Shown piece after piece: positions 13,909 to 25,303 of a stretch of DNA of 64,000 nt. Made by a program: the position numbers and the translations under genes. Positions within the stretch are counted from its first letter, which is position 1. Each line of letters opens with the position of its first letter. Origin of the DNA: Eledone cirrhosa (lineage: Eukaryota); NCBI GenBank assembly GCA_964016885.1, contig OZ024747.1, positions 17,608,001-17,672,000 on the forward strand, given 5' to 3'. The notes beneath the pieces were generated by a model. The model saw only the letters and a program-made list of their open reading frames with translations. It ran no database searches and had not been told where the DNA came from.

Positions 13909-14649
13909 CACACCTTGAGGGATATCTCTATGTAATACAGGAACAAGAACTCCCTACCAAATATCTGCTGCACAAAAGGGGGGGGGGCCATCAGCTGACA
14001 ATAAATGTAGAACAAAGATCGAGGATGTAAGACACATTGTTGCCAGCTGCGAAAGAATGTCATCTCGCTACTACCTCCCATGAGACACGATGGGATAGCT
14101 AGAACCATTTGGAACGCACTTCGGAAAACAAAATTAACAACAAACGAGGAAGAATATATTGAGACAGATGGCACTAAGGAATACTGGTGGAACCTGAAAA
14201 TAAAAACTGCCACCAAATTAAAGCACAACCGGCCTGATATTGTTGTTTGGGACCACACATTGAAAACGTGTTCTGTTGTGGAGATCAGCTGCCCGCTTGA
14301 TGTAAACGTTGTCAGAAAAATACAGGAGAAGGAGGACATCTACGGACCATTGATGAGGAGTTTACAAATCCAGTATTCAAGATACACCTGTAGCTTCATA
14401 CCCATCATTATTGGAGCTACGGGTTATATACCAACCCGCTTGGACCAAAGTATGACTGAACTTGGATTTGCGGACAAAGAGCGCAGCTCCCTAATTCATA
14501 GTCTACAAATGGCTGCGATAGCTGGCACCTTCAAAATTTGCAAAACATTCTTGCGATTCAAGGGATGACAATTTCTTTTATTTTACAACCTTGCCACCAG
14601 GAAGGTGGCCTGTCAAAAAAATATACTCGAAATTAAGAGAAAGAAATAA
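13909..14649 (+). mobile_element. Second, distinct R4/Dong-type element 3' fragment in the same (CATA)n array
   Basis: IQEQELPTKYL, RHDGIAR, YWWN, KHNRPDIVVWD, VVEISCPLD, FIPIIIGATG (ORF 14080-14568). Its 3' end abuts CATACATAC. Confidence 0.85.
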
Positions 14650-15289
14650 CATACATACATACAATACATACATACATATACAAATACATACATACATATA
14701 CAATACACAGAGGAACAAGATAGACTTTAGACAATCATAAATACAAACAGGATGAGAAGATTACAGGACTATATCATCTCTTAAAATAACATTTCTTTTT
14801 TAATAATCACGCACACATACACATACACAAAACTTTGAAATAAACAAAATAATTGAAATTGTGTATACTGAATGACCAAATGAAATATATCTTTGTGATA
14901 CAGGAAATACTAGATGGAAAACAGCTAAAAATATTTTATAGTAATATTTCGAAAGTAAACTCTACAATTTAGTGGTTGTAAGCTGCTGGCACAGGATGTA
15001 TGCAACGTGTGTTATCTTGTTGATTAAAACACTTCACTCAATTACTCCCAATACTAGCGATTTCCTGTCACGTTCAATAATCCGAAATGATAGATGCGAC
15101 GCTATGATTGATTCCCTTTATCATTCTAATTTCGCTTGATAAGTATTGAGGGTTATACGTTCTTTCAATTCACACAGATATATATAAATGCATGAATATA
15201 AATAAATACACATTTATACACATGTTATACATATATACATACACATATATATATATATATATATACATACATATATATATAATTATTAA

Positions 15290-15406
15290 TAATAATAAAT
15301 TTCAAGACTAAAATCCAAAGAGGGTTCGATAAGGATAAATATATATCAAATATATAAGAACCGTAGAGCGATTCTTTGCTTAAACTTTAATCTGTTATTT
15401 TAATAA
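15290..15406. mobile_element. PLE pLTR fragment (inverted tail + sense end), family of the 1452 element
   Basis: 15368-15405 is the reverse complement of 1454-1491. 15295-15370 matches 28438-28520 and is the reverse complement of 27208-27250. Confidence 0.65.
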
Positions 15407-15427
15407 TATATATATATATATATATAC

Positions 15428-15620
15428 AGGGAGTGTAACTTGAAGAAGTTACTGTAGGTTCACCCGGGTGAGCACTCGATGTTTAGGTTCACTTCAGTGT
15501 CGATGTGTAGAGCTAGACAGAGTGTATTATAGTGAAATAAAATAACAAGGACAATTGGTTACTCCTTCAATAAACCTAATGAAGGAGTAACCAATCGTCC
15601 TTGTTATTTTATTTCACTAT
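15428..15620. repeat. Fold-back island between (TA)n
   Basis: ~40-bp arms at 15530-15569 and 15579-15620 (tagtgaaataaaataacaaggac.. / ..gtccttgttattttatttcacta). Confidence 0.75.
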
Positions 15621-15634
15621 ATATATATTATATA

Positions 15635-15806
15635 TAGGAAAGGTGTCAGGACCCCGACGGCTGACCTCCGGCCGTTTCGACAGCTAGATCCGAAACGACC
15701 GGAACTCAACCGTCGGGGTTATGACTATGTTCCTATTGCCCACTCTACTACCCTAAGTATCGTGTACTCAGGTTCACCTGGTTTCTTACCACACTTTCTT
15801 TCTTAT
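15635..15806. mobile_element. Fold-back pLTR-like element carrying only the GAAAC-stem III-GUC half of a hammerhead
   Basis: GAAACGGC..GCCGTC/GGGG in both orientations. Family also at 21414, 26046, 45405 and 48822. Confidence 0.65.
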
Positions 15807-16030
15807 ATATATATATATATATATAGTATTAGTTATACTATTTATGGTTATGTAAATACAAAACCTTATGCAGTTATAAGTATTTTACACACACCCTAAA
15901 TAGTGGTAGGCAGTAATGTATTACTACCTTATTACCAGTAAGTTAAGTAGCTCAATGTAAAAACATCAGATGATTTACAGAGCAGTTATATGAAATATAA
16001 GAATCAAAGAACTGTTCAAAACATTATTGT

Positions 16031-16075
16031 GCTTACAGTTGTTTCCTCTAAACCGAGGTTTGGATTCTTCGGAGC
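16031..16075 (-). ncRNA. Hammerhead motif, CCGAAGA core variant
   Basis: GCU CCGAAGA aUCcAAACC-uc-GGUUUaGAg GAAA CAACUG UA/AGC, about 200 nt from the element's 3' end. Confidence 0.65.
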
Positions 16076-17541
16076 AATTTATTAATGCATGGACAGTTAT
16101 ATGACCTCCTTTTCAGCCGAGAGACATACCGATACATATTCAAACATTGTGGGTCAACATTCATTACAGAATTTAGAGTGGCAGTACATATTTCGAGATT
16201 ACATTTATATTAAGAGGTACAATCAAAAATCAAAAATACAGGTTAAAATACAACATGAAGATAAGCGGTTATATAGTGCAAATGTTATGTGTGGCACGCA
16301 TGTGCGTCTTGTTTATATAGTGTGGCAGAGAGATATGTGTGGTAGAGAGATATGTGTGGTAGAGGCACTTAGGTAGGTAAACAAGAGTGTTAGGTTGGTA
16401 GATCTGGTGGCAAATTCTTTATATGATTGATATAGTCTGTGTGTGGAGAAATGTTATAAGCATTAAAAATAGTGCAAGCATTAAAAGTGTTAAAAGTATT
16501 GGAGATGCACAGCGAAGGGATGTCAAGTATTTCATGTACTTCGACATTTTCATGGTCAGGGGAGTGTATTTTTCGATTATATGCCCCTCACATAATCCAC
16601 GACAATTCGATATTGAGCGTTTGACAATCCAGTTAGAGATCGTAGTCTGGTGTACTTTAGTTCAATACAGGAGGCTGTTACGTTTCGAGAAACGCCATTG
16701 AATACCACCCGGAAGTGTGTGTGTGGCTAAGGGGAGTTAATGCATGCGGGGAGGTAACTCCGGGGTTCTATACCTAGCTATTAAAATGTGTCACAATGTA
16801 GACCCTAATTTCTATGGTGATGCGCATCCTCCAAAAAAAATTTTTTTAAGCATAAAGTGTATTAACTATAGAGTAGTTTAATTAAGTTATGCTGAAGGTG
16901 TTCATATTATTATGGTGGATTAACCCCCATCGTAAGGTGCCACAAATGGAAATTATAGATGATGAGCGAGGATTCTAAATTAATGATCTCTGTGGTTGTA
17001 GTCTACTCATAGGACCAGGCGCGGTGATTGCAGGATTGCTTCAGGACCCAATGATCTCTGGTAAGTTCCGGGTCAGCGCTTGCTACATAGGATGTCGAAA
17101 GATAATCATCCCCAGGCTGGCCAGAGGTCAATCCGCAGTCCTCGCGACCCCTCTCTGACCGCCAGATCATCCATATATGTACAACCCGCACGCCAGTTGC
17201 AATGCATTCACTCACTGCGCTCAGCAGCCTGGTCCTACTGCTCAACAGCGTTACTAGATTAAATCGTTTTTCATCTGTCTAAGGAAGGTGTTTCCTCTGC
17301 ACAACACTATCAAACCGATCAATTCATGCTCAAATTACCCATAGAGCGGTGTAGTGCAGTTCAAGTGGGTGGATGTTGTCACACCTGACGTAGAGGTCTA
17401 AATGGGTATTCTCCCTGCGAAGGGTTCCAGAGGGATGTCGTTGTTTGTGTTATATTAGATCAGTTAGTGTTGAGTATGTAGTATAAGGTGTGCCTCTGGT
17501 GTTTGGTGCTAGATGTGGTGTTAGGTTCCAGTCCGACATTG

Positions 17542-19347
17542 CTATATATTGGGCTTAAAGTTTTGGAAGGAATGTCTGAAGCGGTGCTGGCAAGTTGCAA
17601 ACACCTCAGATTTTTTGTTAAGTAGGTTACGGTTGGAGAAGATAATATTGTGTGTCTCTAGTATACAGAGGTTACAAAATTTATTAGGTGGTTTGTACGA
17701 GGTCGCGCTGCCTATCACTTCCCATTTGAGTGTGTATGGTTTATTTTTAGTTTTTAGATAGTGTATGTAGCTAGAAAGTGAGGTGGAGTTTGCTAGGCTG
17801 TGCTTTTTGAACGAGTGGATGTGCGAATTATATCTGATTTTGAAGCAGTTAGAAGTGGAGCCTACATAGGTTTCTGAAGAGTTGCTAGTCGTGACGGTGC
17901 ATGAGTATATGATATCCTTGGTTAGGCATTTTTTATCTAAAGGGCAGGTTCTATTAGCTCTACAGTTACAATTATCCTGTGCGTTAGTCCGCTGGTTATA
18001 ATGCAGTGCGGAAGTCTGTGTGGTAGCTATGGGATTTTGGGCGTTCGGGTTGTCAACCCTGGTGTTATTACTTATACTAGTGTTATTTCTATTGTTACTG
18101 CCGTTGCTATGGTTGCTTGCTACAGAGGTATTTAGAGGGTTTGCATCTTGTTGTGATTTTGTTTGTTGGAAGTAAGAATTAATTTTACTATTATTGCTGC
18201 TAGCTATGTGGTATGCTAAGTTAGGCGTCGTAGAGTATGAGATTTTAATGGTGTTTTTGTTTAAGAGGTTGTGGTACTTGTGTCCTAGAGGGAAGTTTTT
18301 ATCTAGTAGTGAGAAGAAAGCCCTAGGTATGTTGGTGGAGACATTTAGGTTGAAAGGAGGGTTGAAAAATGTATTATTTCTTCTTCTATTTTTGCTTTTA
18401 GTGTTTGGTGTGTTGCTTCTTCCTAAGGCCCCACAGTATTTTCCATGGTAATGGTTACTTCCGGTGGCACCCTCCGCTTTGGTGTACTTGTGGTTGCTAT
18501 TCCTATTATTAGGTTTCCTCATGGACATGTTGTGCGAGATGATGTTGTAGCTATGTGTTTTCTTAGGTAGGAACTCAATTTCTATATTATGGCCGGAGCT
18601 AGCTAATGCTTGATTGTAATATTGTGAGTTTTTGCTAAATATGTTTGCGTCATAGGACAGACTAGAGATTCTATTGGACACCCCCTTAGAGATAGAGTTT
18701 AATATTGATCTAGGGCGATTAGACTTGGTATCTACATAAATAAGTTTCTCGTTAGGCTTATGGAAAGGTGTATATATTTTTGAGTCTAGGTATAGTGTGG
18801 CGTCTAGGAAGTTAACATTTTTAGTGTTTTTGTCCATGGTGATACTAAGGTTAAAGTTTTTGAATGTCTTATGCAATTGTTTTCTAGTTCTTTCTATATT
18901 AAATTTTTTATATTCTATAAGTAGAAGTGCATCATCGCGGTACAAACCACCGTTGAGGTAAGGGAGGTCCTTATGGATTTCATTGAGAAGGTATAGGCCG
19001 ACCAAATCAGTGACCTGCGCCGAGTCACTAGATCCCATGGTTATGTCGAAGTTGTTGTGCGTATCCTTGCGTGTCCATAGTTGGTCCTCGAATGTGATTA
19101 TGGTTTTACGGGCCGCAAGGATGACATTAACCTGGGCTCTAGTCAGGTCGCTATTGCTCATGTCCATGATAAGTGCCTTATTTAATAGGATAGGGGAAAT
19201 AGAGGTGTAGTATGAATTGATATCAAATTGAATAAATTTTTTGTTCTTATTATTCCTGATATCCTTGAACCATTCAATCACTTCACCCGTATTTCCCCAT
19301 TGTTTAAGGTGTATCTTGTGTTTAATTTGTGGGATGATTTTATCCAA
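17542..19347 (-). CDS. Penelope-like RT + GIY-YIG endonuclease (601 aa, N-truncated, uninterrupted)
   Basis: Motifs as above, colinear with ORF 2444-3637. Confidence 0.9.
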   Translation of the reverse strand: MDKIIPQIKHKIHLKQWGNTGEVIEWFKDIRNNKNKKFIQFDINSYYTSISPILLNKALIMDMSNSDLTRAQVNVILAARKTIITFEDQLWTRKDTHNNFDITMGSSDSAQVTDLVGLYLLNEIHKDLPYLNGGLYRDDALLLIEYKKFNIERTRKQLHKTFKNFNLSITMDKNTKNVNFLDATLYLDSKIYTPFHKPNEKLIYVDTKSNRPRSILNSISKGVSNRISSLSYDANIFSKNSQYYNQALASSGHNIEIEFLPKKTHSYNIISHNMSMRKPNNRNSNHKYTKAEGATGSNHYHGKYCGALGRSNTPNTKSKNRRRNNTFFNPPFNLNVSTNIPRAFFSLLDKNFPLGHKYHNLLNKNTIKISYSTTPNLAYHIASSNNSKINSYFQQTKSQQDANPLNTSVASNHSNGSNNRNNTSISNNTRVDNPNAQNPIATTQTSALHYNQRTNAQDNCNCRANRTCPLDKKCLTKDIIYSCTVTTSNSSETYVGSTSNCFKIRYNSHIHSFKKHSLANSTSLSSYIHYLKTKNKPYTLKWEVIGSATSYKPPNKFCNLCILETHNIIFSNRNLLNKKSEVFATCQHRFRHSFQNFKPNI

Positions 19348-19416
19348 AATCTTCTTGCTGATATATATATATATATTTCATATATATATATATATGTATA
19401 CATATATATATATTTC

Positions 19417-19477
<61 letters not shown>

Positions 19478-19922
19478 GGAGGAGGTTATAGTTCACTTGA
19501 AGCATTGTGTAATGAGGTATAAACGTTAGAATATGTGTAATAAGGCCAAGACAATGCAGATATGGACATAGAAAAAGAATGCAATAGTGAGAGATATTGA
19601 TGAGGATTCGTCCCTCACCTTGAATTTATTTAAATGTCCTTAATTTTCGAGATAATATCTCTTCTTCGGAGGGAAGTAAAAGTCTCAGACCAGCGTCTAA
19701 ATTTCCAATGAAGCCATGCTTCAATGAGCATGGCTTCATTGGAAATTTAGACGCTGGTCTGAGACTTTTACTTCCCTCCGAAGAAGAGATATTATCTCGA
19801 AAATTAAGGACATTTAAATAAATTCAAGGTGAGGGACGAATCCTCATCAATATCTCTCACTATTGCATTCTTTTTCTATGTCCATATCTGCATTGTCTTG
19901 GCCTTATTACACATATTCTAAC

Positions 19923-19929
<7 letters not shown>
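19478..19929. mobile_element. Perfect 203-bp palindrome (fold-back pLTR element) with two inverted hammerhead motifs
   Basis: Arms 19518-19720 and 19727-19929, spacer TCAATG. Motif CCU CCGAAGA aGAGAU-auu-AUCUC GAAA AU UA/AGG at 19775-19809(+) and 19638-19672(-). Confidence 0.88.
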
Positions 19930-19954
<25 letters not shown>

Positions 19955-19957
<3 letters not shown>

Positions 19958-20260
19958 AACTCTGGATGTCGGTGAGCATATTCAGCTAACCTCAGTCTCC
20001 TCTGTGTCACTTTTGAGCTGACTTTTGGGATGCTCCCATACAGCTCTGAGTTTTTCATCCTCAGTGTATACTGATTAATGTTCAGAGCCATCCTCAGCAT
20101 TCTCGTATAGCACCTTTGGGAGCCCCTACAAGGTTAACGTATGTTGATGCCCTAAGGACAGACACTGGTCTGTTGCAGACGCAGCACATGGCAGCGATAA
20201 TGAGGGACAGAGAGCGCTGGAGAGAACTCGTCCATGGATCTCGGGAATTTTACCCGCCTT

Positions 20261-20262
<2 letters not shown>
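19955..20262 (+). mobile_element. RTE-like LINE 3' end with 5' inversion
   Basis: 19955-20114 on the minus strand encodes RMLRMALNI..ELYG..RRLRLA. The sense part encodes LTYVDAL.TDTGL. Same family as 57764-58145. Confidence 0.75.
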
Positions 20263-20339
<77 letters not shown>

Positions 20340-20347
<8 letters not shown>

Positions 20348-20523
20348 CATATATGCATGCATATATACATACACGCCATGTCTATAAACATACAGGCATG
20401 TAAACAAACCTATAAATTGATGCGAATGCTTGTATCTATGTATGGTGTGTGTTTTCTAAGTGATGACGACATGAACAGACCTGTTTTTTCTCGTAGATGA
20501 TCCCGCTTGGAGTGAGTGCAGAA

Positions 20524-20593
<70 letters not shown>

Positions 20594-20888
20594 CGTTTCT
20601 GAATTTGTTTAGCAAGATTCTTCATCTAAAACCGTGTGTTGAAACCGATATTGTTATACTTTGGGGGGGATGGGTCAAGTTGCCAATAAGAAACACACGC
20701 ACCAGTTGCTTTCACTTCAATTTAATTACAAATTACCGGTTGGCTGGTTGGTTGGTTGGTTCCACAACCGGGTGGTTGTTCATATATTGTCAAAGTTCTT
20801 TCGTCACACATTCTGTGACCTCTTCAGTGACTGGGGATTCTTTTCTTTGTTTTGTGCCCTCCTTTGTTCTGTCCTACGCCATCTTTTT

Positions 20889-20936
<48 letters not shown>

Positions 20937-20964
20937 ATGTGTGTGTGTGTGTATATATAATATT

Positions 20965-21015
<51 letters not shown>

Positions 21016-21392
21016 ATATTAAATAAATGCAAGCTATATTTATAAAACCATATTTATTCTATTATATATATTTCAAGGGTACCAAAACTTTGGTACGCCC
21101 TCATCAGATAAAATACAAAGTTTGTTTTATAAATATTGACATAACCAGGAAGAAGATCTTAACGGTTCAAGTTTTTCCTGGATAGTAAAGGAAAGAAGGG
21201 AAAGAGAAAAAAAGTCAAATATTTCAAATTATTAAGATGAGTATGCAAATGAGGTTGAGGTATAAGGCGGAAAAAAAAACATTTTTACACGCTAGGTAGA
21301 TTTAAATAATTATTAGGATATATGTATGTATGTGTAGGAAGAAAAAAGAGAAAGAAAGAAGAGCTTGTATTTACGTTAATTTAAAAAAGATA
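20340..21392 (+). repeat. Segment A of a local inverted duplication
   Basis: Reverse-complement copy at 24120-25141, with substitutions and different microsatellite lengths. Confidence 0.92.
21055..21115 (-). ncRNA. Type I hammerhead (canonical core)
   Basis: UAUUUUAU CUGAUGA GGGc-GUACCAA-aguu-UUGGUAC-CCUu GAAA UAUAUA UA/AUAGAAUA. Confidence 0.8.
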
Positions 21393-21637
21393 TATATATA
21401 TTAATATATATATAGGAACGAGTAGGACCCCGACGGCTGAGCTCAAGCCGTTTCGACGGCTAATTCTGGACTAAATGAACATTTTTTATCCTGGTATATG
21501 AATAGCCGAGCTTCTCAGGAGGTAATTCCATATATGGTAAAAGTGATTGTCACAAGGATTGGTCAAAAGTTTGTTGTTGAGACACATAATTCTATCATGG
21601 CAATTTGTGGAAGGAAGAGGTAGCTGAACCTGCCAGT

Positions 21638-21692
<55 letters not shown>

Positions 21693-21696
21693 GAGA

Positions 21697-21792
<96 letters not shown>

Positions 21793-21805
21793 AACACACA
21801 CACAC

Positions 21806-21903
<98 letters not shown>

Positions 21904-21918
21904 CTATCTATCTATCTA

Positions 21919-21966
<48 letters not shown>

Positions 21967-22136
21967 TATAGTCCTGTAGACGCTATGTCTATATATATAT
22001 ATATAATCTGTGGTTTCGGGGGCGAATAGAACACAAATCAGAGTAGTACTTTATGTATTGAAAGGAGCAGAGTGGGTATAGAGGAAGGTATAAGCCTGGC
22101 CGTGATGCCTATATATATATATTATATATATATATG

Positions 22137-22223
<87 letters not shown>

Positions 22224-22229
22224 TATATA

Positions 22230-23866
22230 TTTATTTCATCTTTTCAATGAGGTGATAAAATATATTACGAAAATTTTAACACCACGAAATAAGTGATAAA
22301 AGTAATTGTTTCAGTGTTAGCACTTTTTCAATATCACCACATTTTCAATACATGGCAGTTGCTGAACAAATGGAACATAGAAATTAGTTCGGCGGAGGGG
22401 GGGGGGGGGGGAAGTCGAAAATGCTATTGGTGTCTCAAAGAAGATATATTTACAATATCTGTGAAGGTGTTATCGTTTCAAAAGTTAAGTGAAATGGAAG
22501 AAAACAGGTTTTGATGATTTATGCGTCATTGTTTTCTAGCCCCAACAATTTGCTCTAGGTACTGTGTTCAAATTTGTAAGCCATGTTAAAATGTGCAGAG
22601 CCGATTTAACTCATTAGAACAATCTTGAGTAATAATTGTTTCTACTTTTGGCACAAGGCCAGCAATTGTCCCAGTGCATTACTGCTACATTATTTTATCG
22701 ACCCCATAATGATGAAAGGCAAAGTAAACCTCGGCGGGATTTAATCTCAGACCATAAAGGGTCGTAACTCTTTGCTGCAAAGCATGGTGTCGTACCCTCT
22801 ACCGATACTGCCAATTCACCACCCAAACCCTAACCCTAACCCTTGAGTAATAATAAAATGAGAGTAGATAACATGCAGTCTATGTGTAAGGCTAACTCAA
22901 CAGGTTGGCAGCGAATGAACATTTGCTGCGCGCACATTTTCGTTGATGGGTACACACATAGCCCGTGCAATGTTGAAACATTCCACTAAACACCTATACA
23001 TTGTTACACACCATATCTCTATGTATTGATATCAGCAGTCAGTGGTGGAAGTCTTATAATTCTTAATGTCCTGCACCACATAGATAGGAATTGCATTGTG
23101 TGTATGTTTATGTATGTTTGTGTTTGTAAATTTTAAAGAGTTACGGCCGGAGACATATATAAATAAATATATAAACACACATAACTTATTATTATGGTTG
23201 ATTTCTATAACAGTAAAGTCTGTCGATTTATCAAAGTCGTTTGAACATTGGATATTTATTCCCGGTCTCTTTGTTCTGAGGTCAAATTCCACTAACTTCT
23301 ACCTTTGCCTTTCATCGAGTCGGGATTGATAACGTATGCACCAATCTAGGGCTGGCGTAGCCCTTTTTCCTTCCAACTACCATATCCTGGATGTTCCGCT
23401 ATACCGAAGGAGGCAGAGGCAATAGATTATCTGTGTCTGCTCACTCAAATGCATGGTCCCATAAACCCTTAACGAAAGCTTGGTAAACACTACGAAATCA
23501 TACTTGATTGCGACTGATTCCTTTAGATTTTAGTATCGAAAACGGTTAAAAGCCGCAGAGGGAATGAACAAATGGAATGAAATATATCTAGAGAGAATCA
23601 GACTTTGTTCACCGACTAGATATTACCAGTGCAATGGTTTTATTCTCACAAAATAATTAATAACAAAATAATATAAATAGTTTTATGATACGTAATAGAA
23701 TGTCTAAACAATTTCACATTTTTGCTTGCGATCGTTTGCGATATAAATCTTCGTAAGGGAACAAATTTTAGTAGAAATTAATGTCATTATAAATACTGTT
23801 ACGGCCCTTTGAAGCTTCCTTCCATATACAATTTAATGGATATAGTTCATTTCAGTCAAAATTTAA
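22230..23866 (+). repeat. Segment B of a local direct duplication
   Basis: Copy at 26155-26962 lacks ~22725-23554. Confidence 0.9.
22631..22822 (-). mobile_element. tRNA-derived SINE (octopus OK-like) with TSD
   Basis: A-box TGGCAGTATCGG, degenerate B-box, central cctttcatc..ggggtcgataaaata domain. TSD CTTGAGTAATAAT at 22624-22636 and 22842-22854. Confidence 0.85.
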
Positions 23867-23953
23867 AGAAGAGCTTGTATTTACGTTAATTTAAAAAATA
23901 AATATATATAGAAAGAGAGAGATAGATAGATAGATACACACACACACAAATAA

Positions 23954-24045
<92 letters not shown>

Positions 24046-24049
24046 TCTA

Positions 24050-24119
<70 letters not shown>

Positions 24120-24124
<5 letters not shown>

Positions 24125-24498
24125 TTTTAAATTAACGTAAATACAAGCTCTTCTTTCTTTCTCTTTTTTCTTCCTACACATACATACATATATCCTAATA
24201 ATTATTTAAATCTATCTCGCGTGTAAAAATAACGTTTTTTTTTCAGCCCTATACCTCAACCTCATTTGCATACTCATCTTAATAATTTGAAATATTAGAC
24301 TTTTCTTCTCTTTCCCTTCTTTCCTTTACTATCTAGGAAAAACTTGAACCGTTAAGATCTTCTTCCTGGTTATGTCAATATTTATAAAACAAACTTTGTA
24401 TTTTATCTGATGAGAGCGTACCAAAGTTTTGGTACCCTTGAAATATATATAATAGAATAAATATGGTTTTATAAATATAGTTTGCGTTTATTTAATAT

Positions 24499-24571
<73 letters not shown>

Positions 24572-24897
24572 CAATATATATACACACACACATATATATA
24601 TATCAAAAAAAAGATGGCGTAGGACAGAACAAAGGAGGGCACAAAACAAAGAAAAGAATCCCCAGTCACTGAAGAGGTCACAGAATGTGTGACGAAAGAA
24701 CTTTGACAATATATGAACAACCACCCGGTTGTGGAACCAACCAACCAACCAGCCAACCGGTAATTTGTAATTAAATTTAAGTGAAAGCAACTGGTGCGTG
24801 TGTTTCTTATTGGCAACTTGACCCTCACAAATTATAACAATATCTGTTTCAACACATGTTTTTAGATAAAGAATCTTGCTAAACAAATTCAGAAACG

Positions 24898-24961
<64 letters not shown>

Positions 24962-25130
24962 TTCTGCACTCACTCCAAGCGGGATCATCTACGAGAAAAA
25001 ACAGGTCTGTTCATGTCGTCATCACTTAGAAAACACACACCATACATAGATACAAGCATACGCATCGATTTCTACGTTTGTTTACATGCCTGTATGCTTA
25101 TAGACATGGAATATATATATATATGCATGC

Positions 25131-25141
<11 letters not shown>
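24120..25141 (-). repeat. Segment A' (inverted copy of 20340-21392)
   Basis: Direct sequence comparison. Confidence 0.92.
24399..24459 (+). ncRNA. Type I hammerhead (canonical core)
   Basis: TATTTTAT CTGATGA gagcGTACCAAagttTTGGTACcctt GAAA TATATA TA/ATAGAATA. Confidence 0.78.
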
Positions 25142-25185
<44 letters not shown>

Positions 25186-25216
25186 TTAGATGTAAGTGTA
25201 TTCATGTATTAAAGTG

Positions 25217-25303
<87 letters not shown>

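Larger units (their letters stand above)
15826..19360 (-). mobile_element. Penelope-like element (Naiad-type), 5'-truncated, with 1.7 kb 3' region containing a hammerhead
   Basis: RT (QFDINSYYTSI, FDITMGSSDSAQVTDLVG, GLYRDDAL), CxCx5C (CNCRANRTC), GIY-YIG (DIIYSC..TYVGST; CNLCILE). Bounded by (TA)n. The exact 3' limit is inferred from the TA array. Confidence 0.88.

Noticed and set aside
15576-15602. CTAATGA..GTAAC..GTC as a hammerhead
   Set aside because: No stem II, no GAAA and no stem I.
17542-19347. Selenoprotein Naiad (in-frame UGA + SECIS, reported for some Naiads)
   Set aside because: Both PLE ORFs have ordinary Cys at the conserved positions, no in-frame UGA in the visible part, and end in TAG. 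The missing N-termini cannot be assessed.
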